This document shows positions 39,154 to 47,144 of a stretch of DNA of 64,000 nt, one piece after another. This DNA is from a virus. The stretch spans positions 78,918 to 142,917 of IMG/VR virus record IMGVR_UViG_3300042691_053605. The stretch is one strand, 5' to 3'. Both the position numbers and the translations under genes were made by a program. The notes below the pieces were generated by a model. It did not search any database and was not told the DNA's origin. It saw only the letters and a list, made by a program, of their open reading frames with translations. How positions within the stretch are numbered: the stretch's first letter is position 1; the number at the start of each line of letters is the position of its first letter.

Positions 39154-40574
39154 TAGAATAATTTTGTAGAGTTTGTTACTGGCGCGGGTTTAGGCGCGTT
39201 CCATTTTACAAATACCTGCTTTGCTCCATCAAGGTAACTTAATTGTTTTCCCATAACTTCTTGAATTCCAAGAGCCGGAATCTTTCCTTCTTCCTCAAAT
39301 TTTGCAATTTCTTCGGCGTATACCGAACCGCAAAGATTTGTTAAGAGTTCGCGCTCGTCAGAGTATTTTCCAGTGTCTTTACCCATTGAAAAGATATGTT
39401 CCAAGGTTTCTGGAATAACACGGTCCGCATTAAACTCCTCGTATGCAACTTCAAAAGAAGTTTGTTGATATCTTTTCATGGTTGGAATATCATGACTCAT
39501 TTCCACAATTTGTGCAGCCACGGCTTCCACATCAGTTCCGTCAGAAAGAATACAGAAGTTTGGAATATCCGCATACAAGGTTCCATCACTGATGCGATTA
39601 TGTTCTGCCCAGTGACGATCAAAAAGAGGAACTGCGCCAGTACCAATAATTTCAATCTGTGTATATTCCATACGGTCACCGTAATTTTGCGCCTGTTTTG
39701 GTAAGGAATAGAATGCAGAACCAAACATATGTGTTGCAAAATGGTTTAGTGCAAAATCACGAGTACATGGTTCCCATGCTTTTACTGGGCCATCGCCGTA
39801 AACGCGGTTTTCGATATTTTTATTGATTTTTGTATAGGTGGTCCATGGATGATCAATAATCTGGAATTTAGCGCCTACCGATGCCTCAATACCGTGAATT
39901 TCCGTAACAAATGTGGGATCAATTTGGTGGGCATGATAACCAACTTCTACCGTACGATCAATGTTTTTAAGAGTAGACCAACGACCAACATAGGTTAAAC
40001 CACGTTTGCGTGTTTCAATTGGATATTTTTCTTTGTACATTAAAAGTTCCTCAAAGTTCATCCACATTTTGAAACGGCACATACGTTCATTTGCCTTTTT
40101 GGACGGCATCATTGTAATTACCTGTTGAGCCATCCAGGTATCAGTACCAAAGTGATAAACCAGGTCTGCCTCATTTAACATGGGAACGAGATAAGTAATC
40201 TTATCAACATTTGCCTTTGAGATCTCGTGAACAAACATTACCTTCAAGGCTTGCAAAGGTTTGAAAAGATTATGGTAGAACTTACGAATTACATTGTGTT
40301 CGTACTTATTGTTTGGATAAGAATTGAAGATCACCAAGTCATACTTTTCCAATCGGTTCTTAATTTCATCAATGTTACCTACATTAAATGAAACATAATT
40401 TAATTTGTGTGATCCTCGACGAGTATAAAACTTCTCATCGTAAGAATAGGTGTCAAGTTGACAGCCTACTTTTTTGGACCAGAGTTCAAGTTCTGCTCCT
40501 ACTCGGGTTACTCCACAGCCTTCAATTCCTTGGCCATAGACTACCGCGATCTTTTTGTCTTTCCAGTTAGTCAT
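39153..40574 (-). CDS. DNA alpha-glucosyltransferase-like protein
   Basis: GIEGCGVTR, NSYP, VGRWSTLK and MEYTQIE..G.GAVPLF match T4 AGT motifs (GLEGCGVTK, IGRTTTWK, LEYTHLE). Confidence 0.85.
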   Translation of the reverse strand: MTNWKDKKIAVVYGQGIEGCGVTRVGAELELWSKKVGCQLDTYSYDEKFYTRRGSHKLNYVSFNVGNIDEIKNRLEKYDLVIFNSYPNNKYEHNVIRKFYHNLFKPLQALKVMFVHEISKANVDKITYLVPMLNEADLVYHFGTDTWMAQQVITMMPSKKANERMCRFKMWMNFEELLMYKEKYPIETRKRGLTYVGRWSTLKNIDRTVEVGYHAHQIDPTFVTEIHGIEASVGAKFQIIDHPWTTYTKINKNIENRVYGDGPVKAWEPCTRDFALNHFATHMFGSAFYSLPKQAQNYGDRMEYTQIEIIGTGAVPLFDRHWAEHNRISDGTLYADIPNFCILSDGTDVEAVAAQIVEMSHDIPTMKRYQQTSFEVAYEEFNADRVIPETLEHIFSMGKDTGKYSDERELLTNLCGSVYAEEIAKFEEEGKIPALGIQEVMGKQLSYLDGAKQVFVKWNAPKPAPVTNSTKLF

Positions 40575-40575
40575 A

Positions 40576-42165
40576 TTAGTTATTTGAGTTATTTATCGTG
40601 ATTAAATTAATGAGTTGTCTTCCGCGTGCAAACATGGCTTTTTGACGATCCGGATTATCCGCATGAAACGGAATTGCCGTAATCAGCAACAATATTGCCA
40701 GTCTTTTTAAGAGATCTACATCATAACCGTGGCCTTGTAATTCGCTTTCCAAAAATGTGGAAAGACTTTCTGTTCCAGGAACCCAGTCAATTGTAACGTC
40801 TTCACCGTCCCATGAATATCGATTTGCTACAATCATTGCGTATCCGCAGTAGAAATCCTGTAGCAGTTTTCCCATATCATATCGTAAATCTCCTTGAGTC
40901 CACATTTGGCCAAAGATGCCACGAGGATCTACAAATTTAATGCTTCCACTGTGTGGATCATAAATGATATTTCCAAGATGGCTATCACCGTGCATTACCT
41001 GAGACCAGGTAGGAGACGCTGAAAGCTCCAATGCAGTATCAAGTAGGAATCGTGTTTGGTTTTTGCGAAGAGGAACATATTTTGAAATATCATCCAGGCG
41101 ATTACGTGTTTTGATAAAATAGTGATCAAAACAATATTTAGCTGCTTCATCACGGTTAACTGTTTGAATCGTGGATGAATAAAAAACATCATGATGCACT
41201 TGCAAAATTTTGCGGATAATTTCGTGCCAAATGTCAGTACGCAAATTATCGTAAACCAGGACTTCATTTAATGCAGTTCCAGGTTCAAGACTCATTTTTA
41301 GAGTACCGCCAGGACTTTCCAATATCCGCGGACAAAACAGAGACTGCGCCTCATTTAAGTTTTTGAACCAGTTTTTCTCAGCTTCAATTTTTTCGGCCTT
41401 TCCTAAATCAGAGGAACTCTTGGTTACGGTTCCGTAAAAAGTATCAACATCAATATGATTAAAGGAACGGGCTGTCATACTCAGTAATTTTGCCTTTGAT
41501 TCATAATAGGTATTAAGTTCTCCACAGTCATACCAATTATGAACCTCTGATAAATTCATTGGGCCTCTTTTCATATAGGATTCCAATAGAGCAGCAATTT
41601 GATATTCACCTTTATGCGTTGGCTTTTTCATACCCGCGGTTAGAGCTTTATCAAATTTTTCGCGGCTAACAAAATTGTAAACGCCGATTAGAGCCTTATC
41701 AGTTGGAACCTCGTTGTCAGGTTTGTCATATAAAATACCATCTTCATCAACCAAACACCAACGGTGTGGATCCGGAACCGCGTGAACTGCCAAGAAGTCA
41801 TAGCTGTAATTAAAATCATCCAGGCAAATGGTATCGCCTAACCACACAGTAATGGCAGTGTCCTCAAATTCCAGAGCAGTATAACCAACATTAATTGCGT
41901 GAAGCGGACCCAGCTTCTCGGCTTGCACTACGCATTTGATATTTTTGTCGGGATATACTCGGCTCGTAAACTCCGATATGTCCCCAATCTCGTTTTCCAC
42001 TATTACTATCTCGGAAACGTTCGTATCTTCTAAGATTTTTTCTACGACGTACGAGATCAAGGGCCTCCCATTCACTGGGATCATTGCCTTGCTGACCCCG
42101 CGAGACAGAGGTTTCATTCGGGTTGCTAGACCCGCCGCTGGAATAATTACGCTTCTCTTCTTCAT
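40576..42165 (-). CDS. sugar-phosphate nucleotidyltransferase fused to an APH/choline-kinase-like domain
   Basis: IPAAGLATRM..K.M.PV (NTP_transferase); HGDSHLGN, FVDPRG and YDMGK (APH-like). Confidence 0.88.
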   Translation of the reverse strand: MKKRSVIIPAAGLATRMKPLSRGVSKAMIPVNGRPLISYVVEKILEDTNVSEIVIVENEIGDISEFTSRVYPDKNIKCVVQAEKLGPLHAINVGYTALEFEDTAITVWLGDTICLDDFNYSYDFLAVHAVPDPHRWCLVDEDGILYDKPDNEVPTDKALIGVYNFVSREKFDKALTAGMKKPTHKGEYQIAALLESYMKRGPMNLSEVHNWYDCGELNTYYESKAKLLSMTARSFNHIDVDTFYGTVTKSSSDLGKAEKIEAEKNWFKNLNEAQSLFCPRILESPGGTLKMSLEPGTALNEVLVYDNLRTDIWHEIIRKILQVHHDVFYSSTIQTVNRDEAAKYCFDHYFIKTRNRLDDISKYVPLRKNQTRFLLDTALELSASPTWSQVMHGDSHLGNIIYDPHSGSIKFVDPRGIFGQMWTQGDLRYDMGKLLQDFYCGYAMIVANRYSWDGEDVTIDWVPGTESLSTFLESELQGHGYDVDLLKRLAILLLITAIPFHADNPDRQKAMFARGRQLINLITINNSNN

Positions 42166-42566
42166 GGTTTAACAAATCTTCTGATTGTGATTGATTCATA
42201 ATTTTCAATTGGTTGATAGGCAAAATCGGATGGCGAAAGGGCTTTATCGTCTACATAGTAAACATTAGGACCCCAAGGCTTTCCCATAACAAGCGTGTCA
42301 TACGGAACCTCATGTTCCTTAAGCCAGTCCTCAAGAACTGGACGAACATTTGCCTCAATTGCTGCAACATCGCCTTTGTAAGTTTTCATACCACGAGCCG
42401 TATGCAAAATAACCGTGTGCCCTTCAGCTTTAAGCTTCTGTAATTGTTTAATCACAGGTTTAATAGGCACGGCGTTTGCATAGTCAAACGGGCTGGTTTC
42501 ATCTGGGTATCTGCTAGCTACGCAAATAGTTCCATCGATGTCCATTACAAATGTTGATTTTACCAT
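42162..42566 (-). CDS. HAD phosphatase (capsule biosynthesis phosphatase-like)
   Basis: MDIDGTIC, HTARG, GKP and YVDDK. Confidence 0.88.
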   Translation of the reverse strand: MVKSTFVMDIDGTICVASRYPDETSPFDYANAVPIKPVIKQLQKLKAEGHTVILHTARGMKTYKGDVAAIEANVRPVLEDWLKEHEVPYDTLVMGKPWGPNVYYVDDKALSPSDFAYQPIENYESITIRRFVKP

Positions 42567-42587
42567 AAATTATTGATGTTGTTATAG

Positions 42588-42613
42588 TTATATTCTTGGC
42601 CTTAAAAAAGTTC
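42588..42613 (-). promoter_or_regulatory. ECF-type promoter heading the DNA-modification operon
   Basis: GAACTTTTTTAAGGCCAA-GAATATAA. Confidence 0.65.
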
Positions 42614-42752
42614 TTTCAGAATTGCAATAAAGTTATCAAATCTGAATTCATCTGGTGTAATCTGGGATCTTTCTTTATTTGTGTAAAGGTAAACCATTTA
42701 ACACTACAAAAGAGTCATTAGAATGACTCTCTTAAACCGCTTTTGGAAACCT

Positions 42753-42863
42753 TTATTGCGGAACTTCTACCTTGTCGTAGGCAGCGCATTTTGGATGCTT
42801 AGAAACACAGCTTGACGCAAATATTGCAGCAAGGATGATGAGTACGGTGATTTTAGTTTTCAT
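42753..42863 (-). CDS. 36-aa small lipoprotein (below the ORF-track cutoff)
   Basis: MKTKITVLIILAAIFASSCVSKHPKCAAYDKVEVPQ; lipobox ASSC. Confidence 0.6.
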   Translation of the reverse strand: MKTKITVLIILAAIFASSCVSKHPKCAAYDKVEVPQ

Positions 42864-43002
42864 ATTCTTTGATGTATTTGATTGATTCAGATGATCCTAT
42901 AAGCATATCAGCTTTTTGGTAATACTGAAGTGCTTTTGGATTTGTCTCAAGTTCTTTTTTCAGTGTATGTATCTCGGGTACAAACTTCTTATTAAAGCTC
43001 AT
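42853..43002 (-). CDS. 49-aa hypothetical protein (below the ORF-track cutoff)
   Basis: MSFNKKFVPEIHTLKKELET...; overlaps both neighbours. Confidence 0.5.
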   Translation of the reverse strand: MSFNKKFVPEIHTLKKELETNPKALQYYQKADMLIGSSESIKYIKEYEN

Positions 43003-43202
43003 CTTTTAAAGTGTAGATAATAGGTTGAGTCTTTATCAAATTGGTAGCCTCCATTTTTTGTAATTACAATTCCCAGCTTTTTTATAGCTGCTACAAAAGA
43101 GGTTTCTTTCATAATACCTGCATCGACCATTTTTTTGTAGGCAACAATGAAGTCTACTAGTTCAGGCTCAGATACAATGCCGTTTTCTATTACTTTAATC
43201 AT
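42999..43202 (-). CDS. hypothetical protein
   Basis: 67 aa, translationally coupled. Confidence 0.5.
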   Translation of the reverse strand: MIKVIENGIVSEPELVDFIVAYKKMVDAGIMKETSFVAAIKKLGIVITKNGGYQFDKDSTYYLHFKR

Positions 43203-43461
43203 TTTCTTTTATTTTTTGTGGTACTTTAAATGTGTGAACAGTATTGGTTGTGGCCACCTCTATCAGTGAAGGATTCGGCCATTGATTAAATCTCACATTT
43301 AAGATAGTGATCTTTTTAAGATCCGCGCAATAGGCTTTTACCAAATCCAGTGAAGCCTCCACTTCGTTCTGTTCAATAATTTCCTTAATTTTTGCCTTTT
43401 GAATTTTGTTAAGCATTTCGTACTTTGGTACGATGTCATTAACGGAATACGCTCTTGCCAT
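43195..43461 (-). CDS. hypothetical protein
   Basis: 88 aa, coupled to the sigma gene. Confidence 0.5.
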   Translation of the reverse strand: MARAYSVNDIVPKYEMLNKIQKAKIKEIIEQNEVEASLDLVKAYCADLKKITILNVRFNQWPNPSLIEVATTNTVHTFKVPQKIKEND

Positions 43462-44069
43462 TAGAATAGTTTATTTTGATTAGATAGTTTCTTTAAGAGT
43501 TCTTTGCCTTTTTTCAATTTATACCATACAATATTTATATCACAACCAATTTCCTGAGCAATCTCTTCATGAGAATACCCTTTGAAATACTTTAGTGAAA
43601 TCGCTTTTGAAATGTCTTCTGGTAGTTTTGCCACAAGCAGTCTTACAAGTTTTACCACCTGTTCACGATCAATGTTTTGCAAAATATCCGTATTGTCCGC
43701 TTCAAAAAATTGTGAGGAATCTGCGCCAACTCCGTACGGCTGTGTTTGCACAGTCTTTTTCTTCTTGGGAATGCAGTTAACATAGTTATGAAGACACGCA
43801 ATCATCCAAGTAAAAAACTTGGATTTTTCTGGATCATATTGACGAATCTTTACAAAGGAGTTTCCCATAACCGCCATTACAATATCCTCCAAGTCTTCTT
43901 CATCGGCTTGTGGAAGCCTGCGTTTTGCGGCAGTGTACAAGATAGGTTTGTACTTTTGGGCTAATTTGTTATAGGCTTTTTCATCGCCATCAATTGCTTC
44001 TAAAACCAAGGCCTTATCCTCTTCGTGGGTTAAGTATTTAACGGGCTTATAGCCTTTTCGGATCCTCAT
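43461..44069 (-). CDS. ECF-type RNA polymerase sigma factor
   Basis: Region 2 (GDEKAYNKL..KY...EDLEDIV...YDPEKSKFFTW) and region 4 (LPE....I.LKYFKGYSHEEIAQEIG). Confidence 0.9.
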   Translation of the reverse strand: MRIRKGYKPVKYLTHEEDKALVLEAIDGDEKAYNKLAQKYKPILYTAAKRRLPQADEEDLEDIVMAVMGNSFVKIRQYDPEKSKFFTWMIACLHNYVNCIPKKKKTVQTQPYGVGADSSQFFEADNTDILQNIDREQVVKLVRLLVAKLPEDISKAISLKYFKGYSHEEIAQEIGCDINIVWYKLKKGKELLKKLSNQNKLF

Positions 44070-44074
44070 ACAGT

Positions 44075-44100
44075 TTATATTCCGGAAGTTGAAAAAGTTT
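44075..44100 (-). promoter_or_regulatory. ECF-type promoter directly upstream of the sigma gene
   Basis: AAACTTTTTCAACTTCCG-GAATATAA. Confidence 0.7.
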
Positions 44101-45722
44101 TACTTACGGCTTTCGATAGAATCCCAAGTATCAATAATTGCTTTTGCAAATACCGGTTCACGGCCGGTCCAGCCTGCAAGAATTGCTCCGCGGTAAAGAT
44201 TTTCAGGAAGCACAGAATTGTTGTAACCAGCAACCTGTACAGTAAAGACATTAACTTTTGGATTAACCTTTTTACGATAGTCGCTCACCAACGCAAGTAC
44301 ATCAATATATGAACCGCGTTTCTTTGGGTGAATGTACTCATTGTATTCATAAGAATTTATACCGTAAAGGTTACCGTGACCGGCCTGCATATCTGAGTAG
44401 ATAAAGACGGTATCATAGTGCTTTTTATTTTTAATAGCGTCCTCCCAAAATAGCCAAATGCCGTTCTCAGTTCCGGCTCCTTGGTTTTGTCCGCGATTAG
44501 AAGTTTCCGCTAATTGCGTAAGTAAACCGTTTCTTTTTGAAACTGGCTCAAGAGAAAGACGATCTCCAAATACTCCTACATATCCTTCATCTGCCTGTTT
44601 GGCCGTAATGAGAGAGGAAAGATTTGCAATTTCTGCAACAGTAACAGTACCGTACTCGGAATTACAGGCGCCCCAAGCAGATCCACTGTTATCACTTAAG
44701 CATGCAACTTTTCCAGCCAACTTTGGCATATTTTCTACTGCGACATCCATACATACCTCGATAGCGTCAAGCACCATTTGTTTATTGTGGATATTCGCAG
44801 ACTTTACTGCTTTATATGCGCTCCAATAACGAAACGGAAACTGTTTGCCTGAAAGAACTGTGTGCTGCAATTGATCCAGAATCTTTTTAGCGGTTTCACG
44901 GTTTTCTACTTCAGTAAAAATACCTCGTAGGTTTCGCAAAAGAGCCATGTGAGGGATTCGGATTTGCTTAATAATTTCCTCCCAAGTTTTACCAGAAGAA
45001 CGAAGAGATTCCCAAGTCATTTCAGTACTTTCCACTTTTATTGTACCGGTTTTCATCAATTCGTTAATGTCCGTGCTGTTGGCATGTGACAGGCGAACCA
45101 GGTCAATTAAAGACTTTCCTTTGTACTTATTCAATTGGTAACGGCTATACTCCGCCAAACGCTCAGCCCATGTACGCTTTAATAAAGAAGGCAAGCCGTT
45201 TTTAGAACCGTTAACAAACATATAGTAATTCAATTGATTTGTCAAGTCATCTGGACGGCCTGCAATCGCTTTACCAATAGTTTTCATATAACCAGGATTT
45301 GCCTCGTTAAAAGCAACGCGGTTTTCATGCAAGGTTGCTCTTACATAAATAACGGCTGGATTCAAACGCATGTTATAGACTTCACGAAGTTCTTTTGCAA
45401 AATCCAAGGTTGCCTTAAAATCTGTGCTTAGCGCTGCATCAATTGACGCGGTAAAGATATCAACCGCGGTATCAGAGCCAAATGCCTCATTAAAAATATC
45501 GTACTCACGAGCAGATAAGTGCTTACTGATAGTTTTTTCCGTGCCTAGTCCATCACGGTAATACTGCGGCTCACCAAAAATGGAGGAGGCTGCTACAATT
45601 CGAAGAGTATCAAGTGGGTTAAGCGTGTAAGAAGTGCCACCCATGAAATTTTGCACCGAGGTTTCTGCTAACTTATTCAGTGTTGCAGTTTCTTTGTTAC
45701 CGTACTGTGTTAATCTGCTCAT
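44100..45722 (-). CDS. TROVE-domain Ro60-like RNA-binding protein with a vWA domain
   Basis: NFMGG.SY, YQL.KY, MALLRNLR, QFPFRY.SAY, DNSGS MIDAS and SDMQ. Confidence 0.9.
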   Translation of the reverse strand: MSRLTQYGNKETATLNKLAETSVQNFMGGTSYTLNPLDTLRIVAASSIFGEPQYYRDGLGTEKTISKHLSAREYDIFNEAFGSDTAVDIFTASIDAALSTDFKATLDFAKELREVYNMRLNPAVIYVRATLHENRVAFNEANPGYMKTIGKAIAGRPDDLTNQLNYYMFVNGSKNGLPSLLKRTWAERLAEYSRYQLNKYKGKSLIDLVRLSHANSTDINELMKTGTIKVESTEMTWESLRSSGKTWEEIIKQIRIPHMALLRNLRGIFTEVENRETAKKILDQLQHTVLSGKQFPFRYWSAYKAVKSANIHNKQMVLDAIEVCMDVAVENMPKLAGKVACLSDNSGSAWGACNSEYGTVTVAEIANLSSLITAKQADEGYVGVFGDRLSLEPVSKRNGLLTQLAETSNRGQNQGAGTENGIWLFWEDAIKNKKHYDTVFIYSDMQAGHGNLYGINSYEYNEYIHPKKRGSYIDVLALVSDYRKKVNPKVNVFTVQVAGYNNSVLPENLYRGAILAGWTGREPVFAKAIIDTWDSIESRK

Positions 45723-45746
45723 ATATGTATGTTTTAATTGTTTCTA

Positions 45747-45786
45747 AAAAAGAAAACCCCGCCAAGTTGTTTACTGGCGGGGTTTC
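45747..45786 (-). terminator. intrinsic terminator between the Y-like RNAs and the TROVE gene
   Basis: GAAACCCCGCCA...TGGCGGGGTTTTC followed by a U-tract on the minus strand. Confidence 0.75.
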
Positions 45787-45825
45787 AGAATAGCAAGGTT
45801 TACCAAGTAAACCTTTAATGTCTTT

Positions 45826-45897
45826 CCGAGAATATTGAAGTTGCGTGTGTTTTGTTCGAAATAGTTGAATTAGAAGTAACGCATCTTCCCGCTTCGG
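45826..45897 (-). ncRNA. Y RNA-like (Yrl-type) RNA 1, about 72 nt
   Basis: CCGAAGCGGGAAGAUGCGUUACUUC...ACGCAACUUCAAUAUUCUCGG; 5' and 3' ends pair; upstream of the Ro60 gene. Confidence 0.65.
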
Positions 45898-45910
45898 TCA
45901 GTATATAAAG

Positions 45911-46133
45911 TCCTTATTTCCTGAGAATAATCTGATGAGTGATTGACGGTTACGCCGCCGAATCGTCCCCGAATTTCTAGTCAAGAGGATAAAACCGGGC
46001 TACTTGTTGAACGCCTTCTATCGAAGGTGCCGGCTTTCTGTAGCAGTACTTGGCCTGTGTTAGATTCAGCCTCGGCTGAATCCGTTGAATTATAGTCTTG
46101 AAGTAACCCATTACAGCCGCTTCAGGATAAGGA
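45911..46133 (-). ncRNA. Y RNA-like (Yrl-type) RNA 2, about 220 nt
   Basis: Same GAAGCGG..GUUACUUC...AUUCUC scaffold; closing stem UCCUUAUCCUGA/UCAGGAAAUAAGGA; internal hairpins. Confidence 0.65.
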
Positions 46134-46176
46134 TTAGAAATTTAAGAACGTTTTGTAATTTTTTGAATTACAGATT

Positions 46177-46202
46177 CTATATTCACCAGGATTAATTAGT
46201 TT
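46177..46202 (-). promoter_or_regulatory. ECF-type promoter upstream of the Y-like RNAs
   Basis: AAACTAATTAATCCTGGT-GAATATAG. Confidence 0.6.
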
Positions 46203-46233
46203 CGGTGGTTGTTAACTTTTTTTTATTTTGCAC

Positions 46234-46259
46234 AAAAAAAGACACCGTAGTGTCTTTTT
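46234..46259. terminator. intrinsic terminator
   Basis: AAAAAGACAC-cgta-GTGTCTTTTT. Confidence 0.8.
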
Positions 46260-46272
46260 CAAATAAGGTTTA

Positions 46273-46689
46273 TTAGTCGCGAGCTCCTACAAAATATGTA
46301 ATTGTGGCAGAACGAATAGGATCGTTATTTCGTGCTTCAATTTTAATTCCTGCAGAATCTGCTGCGTACACCGGAAGGTATAAAACATCGCCAGGAATTA
46401 ATCGTGCAAAATAAGCAGAGTCATTTGTAGTATTGTTAGTAATATACAAATCAATTGAATACCCTGCTGAATTAGCGCTTGCGGATTCGGCGTACAAATA
46501 AAGAATGCCAGAATTTCCTAACAAACTATTATTTGTAAAAAGCGTTTCAATTTCAGCAGCAGGTATTACGTTTGACTGAAATGCTCCGTATTCTCCACCA
46601 ATTTGTTCTGTCGAAATTTTTGTTACATTGATCGGTGTAGGAAACAGTGTAGTGGACTCAAGTTTAACGGTAGTTTTTAGTGTTGACAT
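46273..46689 (-). CDS. putative virion protein, paralog family member A
   Basis: Shared ~130-aa domain (LFPTPIN...LYLY....N...PGD..YLP...ITYF.G). Confidence 0.6.
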   Translation of the reverse strand: MSTLKTTVKLESTTLFPTPINVTKISTEQIGGEYGAFQSNVIPAAEIETLFTNNSLLGNSGILYLYAESASANSAGYSIDLYITNNTTNDSAYFARLIPGDVLYLPVYAADSAGIKIEARNNDPIRSATITYFVGARD

Positions 46690-46710
46690 TTTTATTTACA
46701 ATCTTTTTTC

Positions 46711-47121
46711 TTAGTTTTCAGCGGGAGCTTCTGTTGCAGATTCATCCTCTGATACTGGTTCTACCGTTTCAGATACGGGTTCTACTACTGGCTCTTCCGC
46801 TTTAACCGGCTTTACAATTTCCTTGTACTCAATAACTGCAGAAAATGAAAGTCCATAATCAAGTACCGCGGAATCATCTGCTAGAATTCCGTTTTTTCCG
46901 CGTAGTTCTACCTCTTTGATTCCAGTGAAAAGGTTTAGCTTTTCTTTAATCTTTTCTTTAAGTTCGTTTGCAGTAAAAGTGGCGTCTTTTGAGCCTGCAT
47001 TTACGTTAAACCCTTTTTTAGCTGAAAGCTCTTTTACATAAACAGGGGCATCCGTGCTATTTTTTGTGTTGCGGTTTGCAACTACTTCTCTATAAATTTC
47101 TGCTGTTATTGTATAGTTCAT
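46711..47121 (-). CDS. hypothetical late protein with an acidic tail
   Basis: 136 aa; EPVSE repeats at the C-terminus. Confidence 0.55.
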   Translation of the reverse strand: MNYTITAEIYREVVANRNTKNSTDAPVYVKELSAKKGFNVNAGSKDATFTANELKEKIKEKLNLFTGIKEVELRGKNGILADDSAVLDYGLSFSAVIEYKEIVKPVKAEEPVVEPVSETVEPVSEDESATEAPAEN

Positions 47122-47144
47122 AATGTGTTATTTCTTTTTTGATA

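Noticed and set aside
45977-45985. CUUGACUAG in RNA 2 resembles the 3' stem of vertebrate Y RNAs
   Set aside because: No complementary GGUCCGA-type 5' partner and the position is internal; probably chance.
45826-46133. Possible CRISPR mini-array or tRNAs upstream of the TROVE gene
   Set aside because: Only two degenerate copies of very different length, no spacer pattern and no cloverleaf; better explained as Y-like RNAs.
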